DNA of 24,000 bases from Candidatus Woesearchaeota archaeon (GCA_026002815.1 BPGB01000011.1:2280-26279); one strand, 5' to 3'. Shown: positions 1 to 9,175, numbered from the stretch's first letter. Notes: a model not told the origin generated them from the letters alone. Numbers and translations are program-made.

Positions 1-74
1 CAGTAATAATAGAGTGAAATTAGTTATATTATCTATTATTTTATTAACATTAATATACACAGTATTGAAGAACT

Positions 75-317
75 ATGGAATCAATAAAAAAAATATTTAC
101 AGGTTATTTAAACTGGGCAAAAGACGAATTGGGAATATTGGAACATTCAAAAATAGAGAGAGCAAAGAAAAGATTTGAAGTTTGTATTGGGTGTGAAAAT
201 TTTGATTCTGAAAATAACAAATGTAAATTATGTACTTGTCCTTCAGGGTCAATAAGGGCAAGAATTTTTTCTGATATAAATGCATGTCCTGATACTCCAT
301 CCAGATGGAAAGAATAA
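75..317 (+). CDS. Small Cys-rich (zinc-ribbon-like) protein, function unknown
   Basis: 80-aa ORF with an ATG start. It has paired cysteines (CIGC ... CKLCTC ... C) typical of a small zinc-binding fold, and its end overlaps the next ORF by 13 nt, as in packed phage operons. Confidence 0.5.
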   Translation: MESIKKIFTGYLNWAKDELGILEHSKIERAKKRFEVCIGCENFDSENNKCKLCTCPSGSIRARIFSDINACPDTPSRWKE

Positions 318-535
318 AATATAAAAAAGAAGAAGTTAAATGGGTAGATTGTCATTCATTGGATCAATGGAGAGATCCTGAGGTTGAAGAATTATATATA
401 ATAACAACAATAGGATTTAATGTATATGAAGATGAAACACAGGTGCAAATTGCATCTTCTGTAGGAGCAGATAATCAATGTGCATGTACAATGGTAATCC
501 CCAAAACTGCAATACGTTACAGAAAAAAACTATGA
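305..535 (+). CDS. Hypothetical phage protein
   Basis: 76-aa ORF, same strand and packed against its neighbours. No motif recognised. Confidence 0.4.
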   Translation: MERIKYKKEEVKWVDCHSLDQWRDPEVEELYIITTIGFNVYEDETQVQIASSVGADNQCACTMVIPKTAIRYRKKL

Positions 536-584
536 AAATTATTGAAGAGATTATTTCTACTTCTTATAAAAAGAATAAAAAAGG

Positions 585-3413
585 ATGAAGATTAAAGATT
601 TGTTTGGGATATGTTTTTATTACTGGTATGGCTCAGGTGGACATCAGTCAATAGGAAAATTACCTCTTTCAGTCCAGAATACTGAACTTATTAATGCAGA
701 TGGTAAATGGGTTAGTACTATAAGAAATACTAATGAATTCAAACTTCATAGAGCATTTGTAGATAATTGGATTGTAGTACCTGAAACTGAGTCTAATAAT
801 CAAACATTTACACTTAAAACAAATCCTACAGAACAGAATTTTTACTTTGATGAGTATTTTAAACTCATGAAAGCCAATGGTATTACAAATATCTGGTGTG
901 CTTCAGGATGTTTTGACTGGTATAAACCATTTCTTGGTTCTAATTCACAAAGAAAATCTGCCTGTTATGACCCAAGACTTTCTCCATCTGACCCGGCAGC
1001 ATGGAAAGATTTTGCTCATCTTTGTAAGTTAATAGCTCAAAAGTACAATGATACAGGTCTGGTAGATTATATTCAGTGTTTAAATGAGTGGGATTTCAGA
1101 TGGAATGTGGCACGGGTAATTACTCCGGAAGAATATGCCGTATGTTTCAAACAGTGTTATGATGCTATAAGAAGTGTATCACAATCACAAAAGATAATGG
1201 CAGGTTGTACATTAACCCCTGATATGGATACTGCTATAAGATTTGTAAATAAACTTGAACAACTTTATCAGGATGAAGGTAAATCCATGCCAACTGACTG
1301 GGTTTATACTTTTAATAACTATATCAGAACTGAATCCAATAATCAAGGTTCTGGTGTAGGAGCTACAGCAGAAGAAGTAGATAGATATAATGTATTCTTT
1401 AAACCACTTAATGATTTTCTTACAGAAAAAAATATAGATGGTTTTGCTTGTACAGAATCAGGATGGAATACTTCTCCATCTACTTCTGTATCAGCCATGA
1501 AATCCAAAGCCCCCTCATTAGAAGGATTTTCAATTGAAGAAGCTCAGGGTATTCTCATGATAAGAACAACTTTGATACTTGCATCTCTTCCAAAATTTAA
1601 AGGAATTACATATTATCATTGTCGTGATGAATATGAAGCAGAACCATTTACTTATATGGGGGTTAACAGAAAAGACTGGACACCAAAACCAGCAAGGATA
1701 ATAATACAGCAGTTTCTAAATGAATATGGAAATAATGAGGTTAAATCATTTTTTAGAACAGGAGATACATATCATGTAATATTGGATAATAATAATACAT
1801 TATCATGGACGGATAAAACAAATATAGGAACATTAACACCAATGCCAAAGAAAACAGTTATGAAACATTTGGAAGTAAAAAACAATAGATTATATCTGGA
1901 TAATGAATTATTTAAAATTATAGAAGCTAATTCCCCTGAAACACGATTAAAAGAATGTTCTATACAGGAACTGAATGAACTGAATTCTTACGGTGTAAAT
2001 ACAATTTATGCAACTTGTTTTGGAAAAGATGGGTCAGTTCCAGTCACACCATTTATAAATAATGACCCAAATCAAGGATTTGATGATAATAAAGTAAATA
2101 GATGGCTTACATATCTTGAATACTGGGTTTATGGATTTGAAAACAAACATATATGTCACTTGCTTTTATCAGAAAAAGAAACACATTATAGTCTTTCTGA
2201 ACAAAAGCATAAGGAAATGATTGATTATTTAACCAATAAATTCAAATCAATAGAAGGTTATATAATCTGGGACAGAGAAGAACTTGACCAGGGTAAATCA
2301 GATTATATAAATACATTTTATTCTTATCTTAAACAGAAAGCTCCTTATTCTATAAGAGCAATGCATAATAACACAAATGAAAATCCATGGGCTGGTTTTG
2401 AAAATTCAGATTTAATTCAGCTTTTATCTCTTCAGGAATGGCAAGGTAATTTTGACAGAAGAATCAGAGAATTAACAACTAATACACAGTGGGCAGTATA
2501 TGTATCTGAAGTAACTGGTGGGTTTCAACCAAATGATATTCAAAAAACAATTGATTTATGGAATGCTGGTGGGAATAAATCATCTGGTATTGGTTTTTAT
2601 ATTGCATCAAAAGACCAGTCTCCTCCAACATTTCACTCACAATATAAGAATCTTTATCTTAAAGTAGCAGAATTAAATAAACAAATACAACAACCAATTT
2701 ATGGATGTACAGATCCTACAGCACTTAATTATGACCCAAATGCAACCATTGATAATAATACATGTATTTATGAAAATCAAAATGATATTATGACTATAGG
2801 ATATTCAACAAAAGCAGACAGAACTGATTTTAAAGAATTAAATTCAGGAGATACAATTCCTACAGGAACATATTATATTGAAGCAAGGAATGTAAAGGCT
2901 CCTGTATTCTTTACTCTTGAAAAAGATGGTGTAACTTTAGTAAAAGACAAACAGGAAAATATTACTCCTTTTGATCTTGATGGAGGAACTCCCAGAAATT
3001 TTACTAACGGTAATTATTCACTTACAGTAAAAGATAAAACATCACAATTCAGAATAAATTTTGTTGTTGGCACATTATTAAAAACAGGTACATTATCTGT
3101 TACAACTTCACCAATAAAAAGTGGTATTTATATAAATAGTAAGAAAGAAGGTACTGGTTCAATATCATTAATGCTTCCTGTTGGGGATTATACAATTAGT
3201 TATGATGCTGTAGATGGTTATACAACACCAGACCCCCAGACTATAAAAATAACTGAAAATTCTATTATTTCAATAGAAGGAATATATGAACAAATAATTC
3301 ATGAGGAAGTTTATGAAACAAATGAACCAATGGTATTACAATTTACAATTAATGAAATGTCGTTTATGACAAAAAGAGGAAAAGTTACATTAAAATATAA
3401 ACCTGGTGTATAA
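585..3413 (+). CDS. Multidomain glycoside hydrolase-like protein (two clan GH-A-like TIM-barrel regions, a Cys-bounded module and a beta-rich PEGA-like C-terminus); candidate polysaccharide depolymerase
   Basis: 942-aa ORF. The N-terminal half carries a GH-A style catalytic pair: acid/base CLNEWDF (NE at nt 1083-1088) and nucleophile-like FACTESGWN about 125 aa later. A second barrel-like region lies at aa ~430-690 (GVNTIYATCFGKDGSVPVTPF, IIWDREELD, YVSEVTGG). Then come GCTDPTALNYDPNATIDNNTC (nt 2703-2765) and SPIKSGIYINSKKEGTGSISLMLPVGDYTISYDAVDGYTTP. Family assignment is by motif recognition only. Confidence 0.6.
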   Translation: MKIKDLFGICFYYWYGSGGHQSIGKLPLSVQNTELINADGKWVSTIRNTNEFKLHRAFVDNWIVVPETESNNQTFTLKTNPTEQNFYFDEYFKLMKANGITNIWCASGCFDWYKPFLGSNSQRKSACYDPRLSPSDPAAWKDFAHLCKLIAQKYNDTGLVDYIQCLNEWDFRWNVARVITPEEYAVCFKQCYDAIRSVSQSQKIMAGCTLTPDMDTAIRFVNKLEQLYQDEGKSMPTDWVYTFNNYIRTESNNQGSGVGATAEEVDRYNVFFKPLNDFLTEKNIDGFACTESGWNTSPSTSVSAMKSKAPSLEGFSIEEAQGILMIRTTLILASLPKFKGITYYHCRDEYEAEPFTYMGVNRKDWTPKPARIIIQQFLNEYGNNEVKSFFRTGDTYHVILDNNNTLSWTDKTNIGTLTPMPKKTVMKHLEVKNNRLYLDNELFKIIEANSPETRLKECSIQELNELNSYGVNTIYATCFGKDGSVPVTPFINNDPNQGFDDNKVNRWLTYLEYWVYGFENKHICHLLLSEKETHYSLSEQKHKEMIDYLTNKFKSIEGYIIWDREELDQGKSDYINTFYSYLKQKAPYSIRAMHNNTNENPWAGFENSDLIQLLSLQEWQGNFDRRIRELTTNTQWAVYVSEVTGGFQPNDIQKTIDLWNAGGNKSSGIGFYIASKDQSPPTFHSQYKNLYLKVAELNKQIQQPIYGCTDPTALNYDPNATIDNNTCIYENQNDIMTIGYSTKADRTDFKELNSGDTIPTGTYYIEARNVKAPVFFTLEKDGVTLVKDKQENITPFDLDGGTPRNFTNGNYSLTVKDKTSQFRINFVVGTLLKTGTLSVTTSPIKSGIYINSKKEGTGSISLMLPVGDYTISYDAVDGYTTPDPQTIKITENSIISIEGIYEQIIHEEVYETNEPMVLQFTINEMSFMTKRGKVTLKYKPGV

Positions 3414-3930
3414 ATTTATTTCTGAGTTCAATATAGATTCTAATTTTTGGGAATTAAACCCACATTTTAAATATCTTACTGAATTTAAAGAATTATACGA
3501 AAAAGACAAATCAAAAAATAAAGAGTTTTCTTCAAAACAATTATGGGCTATAGCACTATATGTAGATATAAATTCACCATTCAGAAGAATGGCACCTGAA
3601 ATAAGAAAAAAAGAAATTTTAAATTATCTGACAAATAAACATAAATGGGAAGACCTTGAACCATATTTTCAGAAATATGAACAGGTTTGTCTTACTGAAA
3701 AACAACAATTATTCAAATCATGGGGGGATAAACTACGTGCTAGAGAAAAGTTTATAAGAGATACTGAATATAAAGCATCTACTTTTAAAATGCTTGACCA
3801 GATGATGGCGGATACAAAAAAAATGTGGGATAATTATAAGCAGGTAGAAGCTGAAATGATAGAAGAAGCAAGACAAGAAATTATTAGAGGAGGAAGAAAA
3901 AAATCAAAATCTGAACGTAAAGAAATTTAA
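3406..3930 (+). CDS. Hypothetical protein; possible small terminase subunit by position only
   Basis: 174-aa ORF with a GTG start that overlaps the stop of the upstream gene. It ends one nt before the TerL ATG. The C-terminus is basic and helical. No diagnostic motif, so the function is positional inference. Confidence 0.4.
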   Translation: MYKFISEFNIDSNFWELNPHFKYLTEFKELYEKDKSKNKEFSSKQLWAIALYVDINSPFRRMAPEIRKKEILNYLTNKHKWEDLEPYFQKYEQVCLTEKQQLFKSWGDKLRAREKFIRDTEYKASTFKMLDQMMADTKKMWDNYKQVEAEMIEEARQEIIRGGRKKSKSERKEI

Positions 3931-6324
3931 ATGGAATTTATTAAAATAAAAGATTCATCTCCATGGATTATTAAAGAACTAGAACAATACCATCCAGATT
4001 CAGACAGGCATACACAATACTGGAGGTCTCTTAAAAAGAAGGCTATAGAAGGAGTATGGGGAGAGGATTTTAATAATGAATTCAGATTTATGCCTCCAAA
4101 ATTATGGTTTTATATTAATTTTGGAATAATACAAGATGAAGATAAAAAAACTAAAGCAAGAAAGGAAATAAAACCAAAGCTTGCTGATACAATGTGGGAA
4201 ATTTCATATGCTTGTCTTGAAGCAAGAGGTTTTTCAGGATTTGAAGAAGACCATCTCAGAACAGGAGACAGATACATATTAAAATTTTCAAAATCAAGAA
4301 CCCCAACATCAAACATAGACGAATCATTATATTTTAAACCAAATGGTACATTTAAAGATTTTGTTGAACCAAGAGAACTATTAAGGTCAAGACATGATAA
4401 ACCATATGGTTGTCCCTTATATAATAACGATGCAAAAAATCTTATTATTCTTGGTGCAAGGTCTGGTGGTAAAAGTTTTTATATAGCTGTAGCAGAATTA
4501 TTACATGAAATATTGTTTGACGGTGCAAAAAAATATACTGAAGAATCAATAAAGAATCCAACTAAAGTAGAAGTATTTCTTGGTTCAGCTATTGCTTCAA
4601 AATCAAATGAAACTGCACAGAAAATAAAAGCAGCACAAAATGCACTTGCAATAAGACAGGATTTAGGTGCATGGGGAGAATTACATGATATAGATTATGA
4701 ACCATCTCCTTTTTATAAAGATATGGTGGGAGATATTCTTGCAAATAATATGCGTTCTCCATGGAGACATGAATATGAGGAAAAAGTAAATGGAAGATGG
4801 GTAGTTTCCGGAACCAAATCAGTTTTAAAACATGGAGTATATACAAAAGAAAATTTACAAGCTGCAGCAGGTGGTAGATATACTATAATGTTTGGGGAAG
4901 AAGTGGGTCTTTGGCCAAATGTAATAATACCACACTGGTCTAATGAGGCATGTATGAGGATTGGTACAAGAAAGTTTGGGTCTGCTTTTTATGTAGGTAC
5001 AGCAGGGAATATGGAAAAAATTATAGAATCACAGGAAATATTTGAAGCTCCTGATGAATATAATATGTTGTCATATCCAAATGATTGGGAAAATATGTCA
5101 ACACAAAAAATAGGATTTTTCCTTCCGGCTTATTATACAAATTTTGATTTTAAAGATGAACATGGTAATACTGATGTAGAAGCTGCAAAAAAACATTATG
5201 AAGAATTACATGAAAAAGCCAAACAATCAAAGAATTCAGCAGCCTATGAAGGAGAATTGATGAATACTCCTATTTATCCATCACAGATGTTTATACAAAA
5301 ACAAGGTAATATATTCCCTATTGCTGAATTAAAAGACCATTTAAAATCACTTGAATATTCTGAAGCTTATAAATATGCAACTAATGTAACTCTTAAATTT
5401 GACCCAAAAAGTATTTCAGGAGTTTCATATGAACCGGATACAAAAGGTGAATTGAAACCACTTGATAGGTTTCCATTACCACAGAATGAAACAAATAGAG
5501 AAGGATGTGTAGTAATATATGAGTTTCCAATAACAGATGAAACAGGAAAAGTTCCTCCGGGATTATATATAATAGGACATGACCCTGTAGCAAAAGATGA
5601 TGTGAATGGTGATTCACTGTCTGCTATATATGTACTTAAGACCAAAAAGTATTTTCATAAATATGGTCATGATGAAATAGTTGCAACATATGTTGGAAGA
5701 CCATATGGTGGAATGGAACAGGTAAATGAAACTCTTGAAAAACTGGCTATGTTTTATGGTGCTTCTCCACGAATGATATATTTTGAAAATATGGTTGGGG
5801 AAGTAAAACCTTATTTTGAAAAGAAAAAGAAATTAATACTTCTTGCAACCCAACCACAAACTGTTCTTACCAATACCCACAAATCCCGTATGTCAAAACT
5901 TGTATATGGTTATCCAATGTCAAACCAGTATATTAAACAGGAAACATGCAGATATATAAGACAATGGTTACTTGATGAATGGGGCAAAGATGATAAAGGA
6001 AATGTTCTATTAAATCTTCACAAAATACGAGACAGAGCATTAATACAGGAATTAATTGCATTTAATATGAAGAATATGAATGCAGACAGAGTTATGGCAT
6101 TTGGAGGATGTATAATAGGGCTTGAAGAAACACATAATCAGTTTATAAATGCAATTGAAGATGCAAAAAAACCAAATTCAGTAATAAATTTTTTAAAAAG
6201 AGGAGCAGAATATTTAAAAGGTAATGAGTACTATATCCCAACCAAAACAAAAACTAAGCCTGAACAAGAAAAACAAGCTTTGGAGGAAAGAAAATGTAGA
6301 TTTCCTTTGCTCTCAAGCCAATGA
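3931..6324 (+). CDS. terL: Terminase large subunit
   Basis: 797-aa ORF. It has a Walker A-like ILGARSGGKSFYIA, a Walker B/catalytic Glu-like YTIMFGEEVG, a YVGTAGNM motif and a C-terminal nuclease-type LYIIGHDPVAKDD. It sits immediately upstream of the portal-sized gene. Confidence 0.85.
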   Translation: MEFIKIKDSSPWIIKELEQYHPDSDRHTQYWRSLKKKAIEGVWGEDFNNEFRFMPPKLWFYINFGIIQDEDKKTKARKEIKPKLADTMWEISYACLEARGFSGFEEDHLRTGDRYILKFSKSRTPTSNIDESLYFKPNGTFKDFVEPRELLRSRHDKPYGCPLYNNDAKNLIILGARSGGKSFYIAVAELLHEILFDGAKKYTEESIKNPTKVEVFLGSAIASKSNETAQKIKAAQNALAIRQDLGAWGELHDIDYEPSPFYKDMVGDILANNMRSPWRHEYEEKVNGRWVVSGTKSVLKHGVYTKENLQAAAGGRYTIMFGEEVGLWPNVIIPHWSNEACMRIGTRKFGSAFYVGTAGNMEKIIESQEIFEAPDEYNMLSYPNDWENMSTQKIGFFLPAYYTNFDFKDEHGNTDVEAAKKHYEELHEKAKQSKNSAAYEGELMNTPIYPSQMFIQKQGNIFPIAELKDHLKSLEYSEAYKYATNVTLKFDPKSISGVSYEPDTKGELKPLDRFPLPQNETNREGCVVIYEFPITDETGKVPPGLYIIGHDPVAKDDVNGDSLSAIYVLKTKKYFHKYGHDEIVATYVGRPYGGMEQVNETLEKLAMFYGASPRMIYFENMVGEVKPYFEKKKKLILLATQPQTVLTNTHKSRMSKLVYGYPMSNQYIKQETCRYIRQWLLDEWGKDDKGNVLLNLHKIRDRALIQELIAFNMKNMNADRVMAFGGCIIGLEETHNQFINAIEDAKKPNSVINFLKRGAEYLKGNEYYIPTKTKTKPEQEKQALEERKCRFPLLSSQ

Positions 6325-8746
6325 TTACTACTCAACTGAGTGGTACAGGATACAAAGTAATTATAATCTCCTTAATAATATTATAAATCAGGAGGAATTT
6401 CAGAAATTATGTGACCCTTTGAAACTTGATATGGGTAAAGACTATGTGCAGGCATTTAACCAAATGCATAATAAAATTAATGTTCTTAAAGGAGAAGAAT
6501 CAAAATTACCCTGGTCTTTTAATGTTATAGCATATTCACCTGAAGCAGCAAATGAAATAAACAGAAGAAAAACAAAAGAAATAAAAAACTATATTTCCTT
6601 TCAAATTCAAAAAGAACTATCATTAGCTCAGGCAAGGATACAACAGCAGGTTATGTTGGAAACACAACAAGTTTCACAGGAAGAAGCAGAACAGTTCTTT
6701 AAACAGAGAGTACAAGAGCTTGAAGAACAAGAAAAAGAATTCCTGAATCCTGAAGAAATAATAAATAAATACAGAAAATTCAGACTTAACGAAGAAATAG
6801 CATTAAGTAAAATCTTAATTAACCAACGTGACAGATTGAAACTAAGGCATCTCAAAAATGAATCATATGAAGCAGCACTTGTTGCAGGAATTGAAGCTAT
6901 AAAAGTAGCACCAGTAAATGGTATAGAACAAGTAGAAGTTTTAAATCCACTTGGATTAGCTTATCATAAATCTCCCGAAATACAATTCATAGAAGATGGT
7001 GATTGGGTGGTATATAAACAGGAAAAAACTATTGCTGATGTTATAGATGAATATGGTGATAGATTACATCCGGATGACCTTAATGAATTGGAAACAAGAT
7101 TGTCAAGAGTTTATGGAACTGACGCAAAAATGTATTCCAAAGATGCTTATTCTCCATCACATTGGGAAAATTTATCTAAATATAACAGAACATTTGGATT
7201 TAATGATGTACCCCATACAGGACAATACGGACAATCTGTTGCAAATTATCATGATTATTTAACAGTTTATACTTGTTATTGGAGGTCACAGAGAAAAGTA
7301 TATTTTTTATCATGGGTAGATGATTATGGTAATGAACAAATGGACATAGTATCTGAAGATTTTATAATCCCTGAAAATCATACTGAAAGACGAGTCAAAG
7401 ATGAAGTAAACAATATTACAAAAAAAATAATTCAGTGGTTGGACCCTGAAACCCAAATTGTTTATTCTCTGGAAGAAAAATGGATACCACAGATTTGGGA
7501 AGGTACAAGAATTGAAGATCATATTTATGTTGATATACAACCAGTACCCTGGATTAATACTTCAATAGAAAGACCATATGATGTAAAACTACCTATATAT
7601 GGAGCACCATATTCAGCAAAAAATGCTCCAATAACATCTTTATTTGACAGAGGAGTTCCATGGCAGAAACTTTATCTTTTTGTGATGGCAAAATGGCTGA
7701 AATTAATACAACAGGATAGAGGAGTAGTTCATACCTTTAATACTTTAATGGTAGATGAACAATTAGGGATTGATGAAACGCTCAGATATATGTTTGATAT
7801 GGGGTTTATTCCTATTAATCCTATTGCAAATGCTGAAGCAGCACAGATTTTAGGAAACACACTTAAAATGGCTGAAACAATCAACCTATCTAATTCAAAT
7901 CAGCTTTCTCAATACACCCAGATACTTGCATTCATAGAACAACAAATAGGAATTTCAATGGGAGTACCACGTGAAAGAGAAGCAAGAACAAGTCCAAATA
8001 CTAATGTTACTGATAATCAACAAGATTTGATACAATCTTCCCATATTACCCAACCAATCCTGGCACTACATAATATTATATGGGAAAATGTACTTAATGC
8101 TTTACTTAATCTGACAAAAGAAAGAATTAAAAAAGGTGCTAAAACATGGAGATTTATTTTATCAGATGAAGAAATAGCTACTATAGAAATAAGTCCTGAA
8201 AATCTTGACAACTTTGATTTTGGAGTATATGTTAAACAAAATGAAAAAGCAAGAGAAGTATTAAAGCAAGCACAATTACATGCTCAGGCTTTAATACAAA
8301 ATGATAAATTAAATCTTTCAACTTTCATAGGAATGCTTGAAACTGAAAATTTAGGTGAATTTAAACAAATGGTCCGACAAATGGAAAATGAACTTTCTCA
8401 AAGAGAATTACAATTACAACAACAGCGATTGGAAGCTCAGGCTAAACAACAGGAGAGAGAAATTGAATGGAGAGAAGACCAGCAACAACATGAAATAGCT
8501 ATGGAAGAAATGAAAGGAAATATCCAGAAAGAAATAACTGTTTTAAAAGAACAATCCAAAAACCCTGAGCAAAAAGATGATACTCTTGAACTTAAAAAAC
8601 TTGAACAAAAAGAAAAAGAACTCAAAGAAAAAATTGAGATTGAGAGGAAAAAAATTTTACAGAAACAAAAAGAATCAGATGAAAATATTAAACTTGAAAA
8701 AGAAAAACTCAAACTAAATGAAAAATTAAAAAATAAAAAATCCTAA
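6224..8746 (+). CDS. Portal protein with long charged C-terminal coiled coil
   Basis: 840-aa ORF directly after terminase, with size and position typical of a portal. The last ~120 aa are an uninterrupted E/K/Q-rich helical tract. ATG 6224 is the only ATG before ~6430, which implies a 101-nt overlap with terL. No catalytic-type motif exists for portals, so the call is positional. Confidence 0.7.
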   Translation: MSTISQPKQKLSLNKKNKLWRKENVDFLCSQANDYYSTEWYRIQSNYNLLNNIINQEEFQKLCDPLKLDMGKDYVQAFNQMHNKINVLKGEESKLPWSFNVIAYSPEAANEINRRKTKEIKNYISFQIQKELSLAQARIQQQVMLETQQVSQEEAEQFFKQRVQELEEQEKEFLNPEEIINKYRKFRLNEEIALSKILINQRDRLKLRHLKNESYEAALVAGIEAIKVAPVNGIEQVEVLNPLGLAYHKSPEIQFIEDGDWVVYKQEKTIADVIDEYGDRLHPDDLNELETRLSRVYGTDAKMYSKDAYSPSHWENLSKYNRTFGFNDVPHTGQYGQSVANYHDYLTVYTCYWRSQRKVYFLSWVDDYGNEQMDIVSEDFIIPENHTERRVKDEVNNITKKIIQWLDPETQIVYSLEEKWIPQIWEGTRIEDHIYVDIQPVPWINTSIERPYDVKLPIYGAPYSAKNAPITSLFDRGVPWQKLYLFVMAKWLKLIQQDRGVVHTFNTLMVDEQLGIDETLRYMFDMGFIPINPIANAEAAQILGNTLKMAETINLSNSNQLSQYTQILAFIEQQIGISMGVPREREARTSPNTNVTDNQQDLIQSSHITQPILALHNIIWENVLNALLNLTKERIKKGAKTWRFILSDEEIATIEISPENLDNFDFGVYVKQNEKAREVLKQAQLHAQALIQNDKLNLSTFIGMLETENLGEFKQMVRQMENELSQRELQLQQQRLEAQAKQQEREIEWREDQQQHEIAMEEMKGNIQKEITVLKEQSKNPEQKDDTLELKKLEQKEKELKEKIEIERKKILQKQKESDENIKLEKEKLKLNEKLKNKKS

Positions 8747-8850
8747 CTAAACACCAAAAAGAAAATTTAGACACATAAATAAATAATCTAAAAAACTGGT
8801 TTTATCAAAAAAATTCTTATATTTATACCAGAAATAAACTAAATCAATTA

Positions 8851-9000
8851 ATGACAGACAGAATTGCAAAACCGTTTTTGAAGTGGGCAGGTGGTAAAAC
8901 TCAGCTTATAAACACTATTGAAAATGCTTTGCCCAAAGACATTTACAGTAACAAATTCACATACATTGAGCCCTTTGTTGGAAGTGGTGCAGTTTTATAA
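8851..9000 (+). pseudogene. dam: 5' fragment of a Dam-type (D12 class) N6-adenine DNA methyltransferase gene, truncated after motif I
   Basis: Translates as [59 protein letters not shown] and EPFVGSGAV (the FxGxG SAM-binding motif) are the hallmark N-terminal motifs of Dam-family enzymes. The reading frame ends at the IS left end, and no DPPY-type catalytic half follows anywhere downstream. Confidence 0.8.
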
Positions 9001-9014
9001 AACGGAGCGTAAAA

Positions 9015-9037
9015 CCCACAAATCTTTAGTTTGTGGG
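9015..9037 (+). repeat. IS200/IS605 left-end subterminal hairpin
   Basis: CCCACAAA-TCTTTAG-TTTGTGGG: a perfect 8-bp stem with a 7-nt loop, ~15 nt inside the dam/IS junction. It has the same loop and the same first four stem pairs as the hairpin at 10110-10132. Confidence 0.7.
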
Positions 9038-9047
9038 ATGTAAGCGA

Positions 9048-9134
9048 CTAGCCCTGATTGAGAATATACTCACGAATGGTATCAGGAGAAGCCTCACCAA
9101 TTGAGCAAACGAAATAACCATCTGAACGAAACTT
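9048..9134 (-). pseudogene. tnpA: 3' remnant of IS200-type Y1 transposase gene
   Basis: The minus strand reads (stop)KFRSDGYFVCSIGEASPDTIREYILNQG*. The GYFV.S.G....I..YI.NQ pattern is the conserved C-terminal end of IS200/IS605 TnpA. An in-frame TAA (9135-9137) cuts it off upstream, so only 28 codons remain. Confidence 0.65.
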
Positions 9135-9144
9135 TTACAAAAAC

Positions 9145-9175
9145 TTGAAATATGTGTGAATAATTAGTATCTTTG
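9145..9175 (+). promoter_or_regulatory. Bacteroidota-type promoter candidate for the endonuclease gene (TTG, 20-nt spacer, TAtcTTTG)
   Basis: TTG at 9145-9147 and TATCTTTG at 9168-9175 fit the -33 TTTG / -7 TAnnTTTG architecture. The ATG at 9180 falls where the transcription start would be, which suggests a leaderless mRNA. Confidence 0.4.

Noticed and set aside
50-61. Exact 12-mer TTAATATACACA, upstream of the first ORF and again at 15547-15558 upstream of the 355-aa gene; a possible shared promoter or regulatory box
   Set aside because: By a rough estimate, many chance 12-mer matches are expected in an AT-rich 24-kb window. Spacing to the start codons also differs (14 nt versus 5 nt). One pair is not enough to call a motif.
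533-589. 18-codon mini-ORF (MKIIEEIISTSYKKNKKG) bridging ORF 305-535 and the hydrolase gene, with ATGA-type overlaps at both ends
   Set aside because: It is too short to support from sequence alone and could be chance in A-rich spacer sequence. It is noted only as a possible coupling element.
8437-8712. 91-aa minus-strand ORF (Ser/Phe/Cys-rich) opposite the portal C-terminus
   Set aside because: It is the complement of the GAA/AAA/CAA-rich coiled-coil codons and gives a low-complexity product. It lies antisense to a well-supported gene in an otherwise all-plus-strand operon.
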